Positions 53,799-64,000 of a DNA stretch of 64,000 nucleotides are shown here, piece by piece. The translations under genes and the position numbers were made by a program. The notes beneath the pieces are model-generated. The model was not told the origin of the DNA, did not search any database, and saw only the letters and a program-made list of their open reading frames with translations. Each line of letters opens with the position of its first letter. The stretch's first letter is position 1. Origin of the DNA: Octopus bimaculoides. Its lineage: Eukaryota. Where the stretch lies: positions 108,815,601 to 108,879,600 of the forward strand of contig NC_068983.1 of assembly GCF_001194135.2 (NCBI RefSeq). Reading direction: 5' to 3'.

Positions 53799-54279
53799 AA
53801 AACGAGAGCACACAATATAAACAGAGAGAAGAAGGAAAAGGAAAGAAAACAGACTAGAAAAATGCTTAGAAGCCCAATATGTTAAAAGCATATAATTTAC
53901 CATCTGGGGGCTACAAGGTCCATAGGTAAAAGAGTGAGCTAGTAATGGTCTAGGGAATATTACAATTTATTAATGGGTACATGCAATCTAAAGGGGAGAG
54001 GCAGAATGTTTAAAAAAAGAAGTTATCAAGAAAATGTATATAAGGAAAATACTAACATGATTATCAAAGAGCGGTACCTATGCTAACGAAGTAAACTCAA
54101 GTATTATAACTGCTAACTTTGTTTACACTTGACATCTCTTCTCCCCATATTGCTTATATATTGTTCAGTATATATATAAACCATTAGTATACATACATAT
54201 ACATATGAACATATACTGATAATTTCAATAATTAGTAAAATGAATACTATCAGTAAAATGAAGAAAATTATGACTGACC

Positions 54280-55330
54280 ATCCCTAAAGGACATACCAAC
54301 AATTCTTCCTAAGAACACTTGCCTCAAGGAACTCATTTCTAAATTTACTGATTTCACTGAAAGAATTCGTTGGATAGCCTACCACAATGACAGAAAGCTT
54401 TAAAAAAACTCCTCTTGATACTAGTACCAATGCCAGAGCCAACACCAATATCAACAACAATAATATGGACGATAAGGATTTTACCATGAGAATTTTCAGA
54501 GCTAGGAAAACGCCTCCACCAAATAGTCACCTTGAAACTTTTGAAAAGGAACTCTGGTCTTTTATTAAAGACATTAAGTTCAAGAACCATCCCCTTAGAC
54601 ACAATAAGTACCAAAGGAAGCTCAAGGATTTTGTTCTTGAGCTAAGATCGAAGAATGGAATAATAGTACACTCAGACAAAACACGAAACACCTATAACAT
54701 AAACATTGTCACTTACCATGAGCTTATCCACGATGAAATCCTTAAAAAATATAAAGTAGTCCCTAGGAGTACCCTTAAAACAATCAACTTAGAGGCCAAA
54801 AAGATTATGTTACGGTATAATATTGATGACCGGACCAAACCATTTATACCGATTAAACTTTGTATAGCTATTAAGGACTATAAGTATAATTATCTACATA
54901 ATACCCAGGTCAGATTGATATGCCCCAATAAGTCGGATTTAGGTAATCTTAGCAAAGCAATCCTGGATAAATATAAACCAACCCTTAATAAAAAGATTAA
55001 ACTGGATTTATGGACAAACTAATACCACTACTAGTTCCATTTCAGTCAACTCAGATATGGAATATATTCAGAAACTTGACAATATGTGTAGTTATATCTA
55101 CAGAAATATACAAACAGTCCTCAACCAGGACAGAAAACAAGTGTTTAAATAAACATCACACTCAGTATTTGATAGAAGTAATTTTTTTATTACATTTAGG
55201 CATTCATCTTAAAAGAGAAAAATGATAAAATGAAACATCTAGAAATCATATCATTAGACAAAAAGGAAAACGCATCATCAGTAGTATGTATCTTCTGACA
55301 ACCACATACTAAGACAAATATCAACCATCA
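54280..55330 (+). mobile_element. Penelope-like element, RT N-terminal half and deleted 3' part
   Basis: FTERIRWIAY, KTPPPNSHLETFEKEL..FIKDIKF, VHSDKTRN.Y, INLEAK.I, IKDYK.N, RLICPNKSDLG.LSK.ILD are hallmark PLE RT motifs; frameshift near 54390; open frame lost after 55020. Confidence 0.85.
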
Positions 55331-55762
55331 GTGATTTAGGAAAATAGTAGCACTGATTTTCTCATAGTATATAGTTGCCAGTGAACACTTGCCTATTGAT
55401 GGACTGAAGCTAGACAAAAATGCACATATGATAATGCTACTGATGTTATTGAATGAATTTTGCCTGCTATGATTATATTTATGTGTTTTTTGTTTTTTAA
55501 TAATGTACGGTTGCAAGGGATGCTGTCAGGAAAGGAACACCATATTTAATAAGGCTTTCAATATGGGATGAGTGAGGACTTATTTGACATGGCATTTTAC
55601 AGTCGGTTGCTCTTCAATAAAGCCAAACCTTTACTGTTTACCAAGGCAGAGATTTTTTTGTCTGACTTGTCACTCAAAGCTCAGAAGGATCTGTCGTGGT
55701 GTCAATGAGTGTAAGCATCATTTTGCCACATTTCTCAAACAGTAATATGTGTTTATGTACAC

Positions 55763-56683
<921 letters not shown>

Positions 56684-58587
56684 TCTAATAAATATAGATT
56701 ATGCACCTGGTGATGTAATATAGCACTAGCAAGAAACCATTGATAATGTATAATAACAATACCTTGCATTATATGAAACATGTTTAAATATTAAAAAACA
56801 TTGTTTTCATATTTTCTCCATATAAACAGCATAATTTACATTTGCAAATCATTTTGAGAAAATTCAGCCATGAATAAAATCTATACCATTGCTGTTAAGT
56901 AATTATGCTTATATGGATGTAATTTTAAGGTAAGAATATATATTATTCACCAAATAAATATATTTTCATGGATTTCAAATTTTTACAATATTCCTATGTA
57001 TATAACTTCTGATAATATTCTACATGTATAGCTTGATTTTAATATGTTTTGATTTTGAAGAGTTTTAAGTATTGTTTGTATGCAAATTTCAAACAAAGGT
57101 TTTAATCAAGTAATGTATTAGTTAATGAAACTCAAAATATTTTCAAGAAATGATGCAAACTTTAAAATAATGTATTTCAAGGATGAAGATTCTGTAGCTA
57201 GGTAGCACCTATTTTATTTTATAGTAACATGCTGAGCTTGAAAACAAATTTTTGTTCTAATATGTTTTACATATTATTCAAATTTTCAAATAACATTTCA
57301 GTGTTATAAATTATTTACAAATGAACAAATTATTGTTCTGATCTCAAATATGCACCATTCAATATTTTCAAATATAACTTACTGACGATCATAGAATTTC
57401 TTCTCTGATGAATAATCACTACTTTCCAATATGTTTAACAGTTTGCAGTAGAGCCATTTCATTTCTGATCATAGTTACTGCAGCTTAATCTTTGATGTGT
57501 ATCCTATGCTGCAGAAGAAAGATTTATCATTTCCAATCAAGTATGCCATTATGCTGTTGACACCACTTTCATTCCTCTCCCAAATACAAGCATAATCCAT
57601 TTGTAATCTCAATATCTTTGAACAATCCAACATATCTTGCATTAATAATCCTAACTCAATACATTTTACAATAGGACTGATAGCAAAGTCTATATATTGC
57701 TCATCTCCAGAAAACAGAATTGCATTCTTACCATTCTACAAATAAAAACCTCAATCCCTATGCAGACTGCTTCTAAGAAGCTAAGAAGTTCTAACAAAAA
57801 TCCTATTTACTTACTTTGAAAAAAGCCTATGTTCTCAATATAGCTATAGTAGCATCAAAAGATCAAAAGACTGTCATATAATTCATAAATGTCTTTAACC
57901 ATGAGCAATTACAGAGTTGTTATAACTCCCATATATGTTGTAGCCAGGGGAATTATGTCAATATTATTCACAAAAATAATGATCACTTCTTCAAACTGTT
58001 TCATTAACCAGTTAACCTACTTGCTTTTCCATTACAATACTACCTGTTGTTCAATCCAGATTGCTTATCTAACTCTCATGATTAACAATTTAATAAGTTT
58101 ACATCAATGAATAGTTATACAAAAGTTGTGTAGCACTCGAATTAAAAATTCTGTGCCATGGTCAATGCAACATGGCACAGAAAATGTAGAAAAATTAAAC
58201 TTAGTGAAAAGTTGTTGCTTAGATGTTATTAAAAACATAGACAACTAGGTTATGTCAAATATAGAATTTTAAAATAGTCATTCTTAAATAATGTTTTGCA
58301 ATGTACATACACATTATACCTGTATCTGTCTGTCTGCCTGTCTCTCTCTCTATATATTTATCATTTTTTTTTCATATTGTGGTGGACTTTTCAGTTGTAA
58401 ATGACTGATGAGGGTTCCTCAATTACTCATTGAACAGCACCTGCAGAGATGATTTGTTTATAATAATCAAATGTTTGTGCTGTATATGAGCTCACTCTCA
58501 CCTTCAAATCGACATTGCCTGTACAATTGCACTTATACAATTAAAGCAACTATGTAGTAAAACCTTTATCAATATAGCATACTTAAC

Positions 58588-58588
<1 letters not shown>

Positions 58589-58662
<74 letters not shown>
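58589..58662. repeat. (TA)n(GA)n microsatellite
   Basis: Direct reading. Confidence 0.9.
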
Positions 58663-58667
<5 letters not shown>

Positions 58668-58690
58668 TAAAATTATCATTATTATTAAAA

Positions 58691-58836
58691 CAGTTTGATA
58701 TGGACCTCATACAACTTAAAGTTTCATAGGCTCCTTATAGAAACCTAGGTTGTCAGGCAGAGGTATCTGAGTCCAGTGAGCTAGGTTACTGTAAGGAACC
58801 TATGAAACTTTAAGTTGCATGGTCCAAATGAAACTG
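58691..58836. mobile_element. 146-bp MITE-like palindrome, ~60-bp TIRs
   Basis: cagttt.at.tggacc...caacttaaagtttcatagg.tcctta.ag.aacctag mirrored on the right; flanks taaaa / tttta. Confidence 0.85.
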
Positions 58837-58922
58837 TTTTAAATAATAATATATGTAACTCCAACTAAATGTGTTGAGTGCCTCATTCCTTTGGTTTGTC
58901 CTCTCACCCACATGTGTGCGTA

Positions 58923-58953
<31 letters not shown>

Positions 58954-60360
58954 GTACATACATACATACATATATCATTAGCATCATTTAACATCCATTT
59001 TCTATGCTGGCATGAGTTGGATGGTTTGATAGGATCTGGCAACTAATTGAAACATTGCACTGAACTCTGATGGCAGTTTTGGCATGGTTTCTATGGTTGG
59101 ATACCCAAGTGTACTTGGTGTTGTTTTTGTTCCACTGGCACTGTTGAGGAAAGAACCGGAAGAAGGAAAAGAAAAAGGAAAAAGCCTCCTTGACTTAAAG
59201 GGGGTAGAGGTATTATTCAAGCAGGGAGGGGGCAATGGTTCAAAATCAGGTGTTTAGATGTTCGAGTGTAATGGAAAAATAAGTCCAGGTGTCTTGCAAT
59301 TGAAATACAAGCCTACCCCAAGTTATATAAGGGTGGATGGGAAAAAGGCAAAAGTGATGGTGGGATGCTGGAGAGCAGAATGTAGTGAGTGATGGTGGGA
59401 GATATAGGAATATCTCAGTGCCTAATTTTTCTTTCAGTTCTTTACTACTTTGTCATACATGTACACTGGCATTGCACATCCAGTAGAGTTGTTATAACTC
59501 TCATATATGTTCTAGCTTGTGGAATAGTACCAATATCATTCAAAAAAAATATTTATCACCTCTTCAAACTGTTTCATTAAACAGTTAATCCTCCTGCTTT
59601 TCTATTACAATACTACCTGTTGTTCAATCCAAACTTATCACCCATATTACTTCCACCAATCACCTCTTTTCTGTGCCTTCAGCCATTGATGTCTCTCTCT
59701 TGCTCTGTTCTGTTCCATTATTAACCCCTCTCTTAGCTTCATTCCTTTGAGGTCTTAGAATTTCATCTGCATTCAGGACCCATGCCTCACTACTATGTAG
59801 CATTGCAGTTCATACACAAGCATCATACTATCTACCTTTCACTTATAAAGATATTTTGTTGCCAACAGAGGTAAAGATCTTTTAATTTTTTCCATCTTAT
59901 TCTTACTCTAGAAGCTACACTTTCATAACATCCTCTTCCACTGTTAATTAAGTCACCTAGGTAACAGCTATTATCTACTATCGCTTGGAACCTCCAGGGC
60001 ATTTGAGAAAATCAATTTCCAATGTATCTTTATGGATCTTGTACACCTTCCACATACAATGCTTGCTCTATTAACCTTCCTGTGATTCTAACTGCATCTC
60101 TTGTGCATACGTAGCTTGCACTTGGTACACTGCCTGGAATTCCTGCCTACACCTTTACAACATAATGAGCAGGGCCATTTACCTGACAAGAATATAACCT
60201 GATCTGTTTCCCTGCTCAATAAAACTTTGGTCTTTGCTAAGGTAGCCTTAAGACCCATTGGCTCCAGGTTTTGCTTCCATACCTGGAATTTCTTTTCTAA
60301 TTCTGTAAAATATTCTGTTATGAGAGTGAGATCATTAGCATGTAATAGTTTCCACTATTC

Positions 60361-60650
60361 TATATTTTTGAGATGAGGAATTCTGTACATTATTTACATC
60401 AGACAGGTAGGTATCCTCATCTCGTTTGTTGTTACGGCTGATTTACTCTCCAGCCTTCATCAGTACCTTGAATAAATAATAATTATAATAATAATAATAA
60501 CATCAGCAAAAAGGAATGAGAACCCAGAGTTGAGTTCGAAATTCTTTCAGGACACCTGATGAAGGCTGGAGAGTAAATCAGCCGAAACATAGTAACAACG
60601 AACAAGATGAGGACATATATCCGTCCAATGTAAATAATGTAAATAATGTA
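60361..60650 (+). mobile_element. Hammerhead-bearing element with inverted duplication of its 3' tail
   Basis: 60366-60465 (-) and 60555-60650 (+) are inverted copies around an (AAT)n spacer; homologous to 62311-62632. Confidence 0.85.
60551..60596 (+). ncRNA. Minimal hammerhead ribozyme, decayed
   Basis: gacac CTGATGA a ggctg-gagagtaaat-cagcc GAAAC; helix III palindrome broken (acat) and helix I 3' strand lost. Confidence 0.7.
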
Positions 60651-62310
60651 ATATTTTCCTGTCTTAAATTCCTCTGTTTTGGCCATGAGTACAATGATGA
60701 GAACCAAACTCAGGTGAATATCTACCTGTACACTAAATTTATCACTGTACCTATGGCTAACTCTTAGCTTATGGACAGCACTCTTGTACATGGCTTCTAC
60801 AGCTTCCTCAAAGACCACCAGATCACAGAGCAAGGGACTCTGTCAAAGGTTTTCTCTAGGTCAACAAATGCCAAGTATAATGGTTTATTCTTAGATAATA
60901 ATTTTAAAACTGTCTTAGAAGATAGCATCAGTAGTTCTTCTCCCGAGGACAAAACCAAACTGTATTTCATCTAGCTTGATTTTTTTTTCCCTAATTGAGT
61001 GGGCAATAAGTCTCTCTATAACTTTCATGACCTGGCCTAGTAATTTAAATTTGGCACTGACTTCTTCTTGTATAGCCTGATTAACTATATGGATGACTTC
61101 TGCTCTATATCCTACTCCAGATGTTTTAAGCATCTCAGTGATAATTCCCAGTGCATGTGAATACTTGTAGTCAAACTGAGAATTATTCTTTCATGCAAAG
61201 CAAACTTAGAGAGTGCTCAATTAAAACTAAAAATATCAAATGTTGAGTGATTAATTTGCTAAAACAAAAATTCATAAAAATAAATACACTTGCACTCCAC
61301 AGAAATGATATATCTGCCATCAATAACCAGTCTCTGTGCAACATATTTCTGGCAGTCAAGTACTCAGCAACTTATGGGGATTTGATAATTTCTTCAATAT
61401 TAATGTATGTAGATACATACATATTTACAAATATGCACACACACAAACACATACATACACATACACACGCACACATACATAATTCATACATACACACACA
61501 TGCATAAATAATAGTCTGATAAATAAATTTACAATACAATTCTTTAAAAATATTGTACTTATAAAAACAACATGAAAACCTTATGTGAATTAACACAATT
61601 ATGCACCTTTTATAATACTTCTTTGAAGCTATTTCCTTGGAGCAATTTAATTACGTTTTCTTTATGACAATGATTAACAACAAAAATAATTATATGAGAA
61701 TGGCTGTGAATTAGTATTTACTTAAGCTTCCTGCTGAAAACAAATATCATTATCAATCAAAATATCTAATATAAGATGGTAATATTTCTCTTAGATTGCA
61801 GTCCTTAATATTGGTCTCTGTTTCACATATTTATCAAGAATAGACAATTTAATACTCTTAACATCAGTTCTGTCTATATTTTGCTTGGGCTCATGCCAAT
61901 TTCTGTTCTAAGTGTTCCATATTTAGAGAGGAGTGCTTTTACAATGTTATATTGAATCTGTTCAGCGTATTTTGACAATAGTGGACATATGATTTAAATA
62001 TTCTAAATATTGTGAAAGGGATTATTTCTTAGTTATGATGTATCAGCGTCCAAGATTTGGAACCTTCAAATGAAGTAAAAATGTAGTACATTTTAGAAGT
62101 AAAATCAATAATAAAGTATTCATAAAAGAACATTTCATTTTTACATTATTTCTATTCAAATAATTTCTGTTACATTTTAAATTATTGCAATGTAAAATCC
62201 TATTCTAAGAAGTTTGGTTTGTTTTAAGAGATGACATAAATCTCAAGTTCTTATAACAGTAAACAAAATTAGATAAAAAATTGAATCCTGAATATTCTAC
62301 TGTACTTTTC

Positions 62311-62632
62311 TATTTAATACAGCTCTATATTTAAGAGATGAGGAATTATGTACATTATTTACATTTGATGGATATTTGTCCTCGTCTTGTTTGTTATTTA
62401 CACGTGTAGTGGTTAAGAGCGCGGCTACTAACCCCAAGATTCCGAGTTTGATTCCAAGTAGTGACCTGAATGATAATAATAATAATAATAACATCGAAAA
62501 ATACCTTAGGAATGAGAACCCAGGTTTGAAATTTCCCCAAGACACCTGATGAAGGCTGCAGGGTATATCAGCCGAAACGTTGTGTTAACAACAAATAAGA
62601 TGAGGACAAATACCCCATCAAATGTAAATAAT
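62311..62632 (+). mobile_element. tRNA-headed element carrying a hammerhead, preceded by an inverted copy of its own tail
   Basis: A-box tgtagtggtt (62405), B-box gagtttgattcc (62444-62455), (AAT)n linker, hammerhead 62541-62586, tail to 62632; 62358-62395 is the reverse complement of 62588-62632. Confidence 0.8.
62541..62586 (+). ncRNA. Intact minimal type-I hammerhead ribozyme (Penelope-type)
   Basis: Helix I gacac/gtgtt, CUGAUGA plus extra A, helix II ggcug/cagcc, GAA, palindromic helix III ACGU, cleavage triplet GUU. Confidence 0.85.
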
Positions 62633-62707
62633 TACGGAGATGTACTTGCATAGCACGTGACCTGATCTGAGATCGTGTGCTGGAACAAAAGCAATGCAGC
62701 ACAGAAT

Positions 62708-62758
62708 TTTGTCAGTGAACAGGTCGCAGTCTCAAAGCGATGAAAATATTTTGACAAA
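62708..62758 (+). ncRNA. Minimal hammerhead fold with G3-C8 swapped core
   Basis: Helix I tttgtca/tgacaaa (7 bp), core GUGAACA plus extra G, helix II gucgc/gcgau, GAA, palindrome AAUAUU, H17 = U. Confidence 0.6.
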
Positions 62759-63289
62759 TTAAATTTAAATGTTTTAGTGAATCTAACGGTTTTTGTGTGT
62801 TTCTTAAATGGCTTATTAACACCTTCCACGCTGCAAATGTAAATAATGTTTTCTGTGTAAGTTTCCTCCAAGCATATTCACCTTCCACTTCAGGCGTTGA
62901 GAAATAAATCAAATGCTTCTGTTTATATATGATACTGTCCTGAAACTATTAGACAATTTTCTTTAAATGAACATGTTCAAACTAAAACTTTACTCTTTTG
63001 AGAGAAAGTGTATGTGAAACATTTTCTAATTTCGAAAGAATGACATATTATTTAGATTGAAAATATATTTTATGATGTCCTATTATATTCTCTTTTAAAA
63101 AATGATATTGTTTTTCTCTCATAAATAGAAAATTGTAATTGAAACATATAAAATGTAGATTTAGTCTCTTTATCACAGAATTTAGGCTATAAAATAATTT
63201 TATTTAACTTTTAGAAAATTCAGTAATAGATATATTATTCAATATAAATATAATTTTTTTTATTCTCTAGTTCAGCAGCTATTTTTATC

Positions 63290-63995
63290 AACTTTCTCAT
63301 ACAGTGTCTCCTTCCCTCACAACTCTCAGTGCACTCATCCATTGCCCCTCAAATTCTTCCTTCTTTTCTATCACTGACCACTTCCAACGGCTTCTCTACC
63401 TCCTAAAAACTCCTGATTTTTTCTCTCTTCTGGCCTACTATCACAAACCTCTACCCTTCACTTTCCTTCAGTGACTCTCTCAGGGTCCCTCTCCACTCTC
63501 ATCTATTACCCTCTTCCTCTCCTCTTTCCCTTACACTTTCTGTCCATAGTTGCCCTTATAATGTTGGGTAGCTCTGAACTCTATCACACATAACCCACCC
63601 TATTACATTTCATCTATGTCTCTCCTTGTCTTAATAATATTAATTCCTACCCTTTCCCCTGTTCACTGCCATACTACCTCACTCTCTTTTCTTATTTTAG
63701 TTCTTCTCATCCCTCCACTTGGAATCATTATCACTCTCTTTTTGTTTCTCTCAATTATAGAGCCCCTTTAGACTCCTCAACTTGTAAAATGTGAAAGCAT
63801 CATCATTAGTGCCAGTGCCCCACAAAAAATACCTGGTGTAGTACACTCTATAAGGTAACTGGCATTAAGAAAGCAACCTGACCACAGAAACCATACCATA
63901 GTAGACACTGTGGCATCATGCAGTCTTCAGATTAAGTTGGATCATGTTAAGCTGTCCAACACTTGCCAGCATAAAAGTCAGGCATCGAATGATAA
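63290..63995 (+). mobile_element. RTE-type C/T-rich 3' UTR and tail
   Basis: gtacactctataaggtaactggcattaagaaagc...gaaaccatacc...ctgtccaacacttgccagcat...gaatgataat. Confidence 0.65.
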
Positions 63996-64000
63996 TACGT

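Larger units (their letters stand above)
57913..59631 (+). repeat. ~146-bp diverged direct repeat (57913-58058 and 59485-59631)
   Basis: agagttgttataactc.catatatgtt...cttcaaactgtttcattaa...cattacaatactacctgttgttcaatcca in both copies. Confidence 0.8.
58978..61140 (-). mobile_element. RTE LINE (RT with Cys-rich finger insert, 3' UTR, tail), split by insertions
   Basis: LLGQVMKVIERLI...LDEIQFGFV.GRRTTDAIF, LYLAFVDLEK.FDRVP, EEFKTG | WKLLHAND (YADD), LAKTKVL, CSLCCKGVGRNSRQCTKCKL..HKRCS, YLGDLI, VKGR.YDACV; tail at 58978-59120. Confidence 0.9.

Noticed and set aside
57732-57735. Minus-strand 4-nt microexon-like AG|AATG|GTAAGA
   Set aside because: Frame-shifting length, modest pyrimidine tract, expected by chance in AT-rich DNA.
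58404-58445. CTGATGAG motif
   Set aside because: No convincing helix II/GAAA partner.
62401-62465. Possible tRNA gene (also the SINE heads at 17325, 36750 and 49215)
   Set aside because: No complete acceptor stem or T-rich terminator, and embedded in repeats; these are SINE-type heads.

Overview
AT-rich, microsatellite-dense eukaryotic DNA with several N gaps. The SINE repertoire and repeat landscape look like a coleoid cephalopod, probably Octopus (inference, from recall, not a database search). No intact, recognisable protein-coding gene, rRNA, true tRNA or CRISPR array is present. The window is mostly a graveyard of transposable elements: RTE LINEs, R4/Dong-type RLE LINEs, an L1/Tx1 LINE, Penelope-like elements (PLE), Copia and probable Gypsy relics, an Hsmar1-like mariner, a mariner MITE, two foldback MITEs and at least three tRNA-derived SINE families. 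A chain of short, phase-compatible + strand candidate exons (811-36200) may be an unrecognised host gene. The most interesting signals are RNA-level. (1) At 62.3-62.8 kb a tRNA-headed (Pol III-type) element carries an intact minimal type-I hammerhead ribozyme. It is followed by a second hammerhead fold whose core has a compensatory G3-C8 swap. (2) Decayed hammerhead copies lie at 60.4-60.6 kb and 53.7-53.8 kb. (3) A minus-strand AG|GTAAGT recursive-splice-site motif with a 59-nt RS-exon lies at 33.0 kb. TE boundaries are approximate, and all family assignments come from motif recognition by eye.
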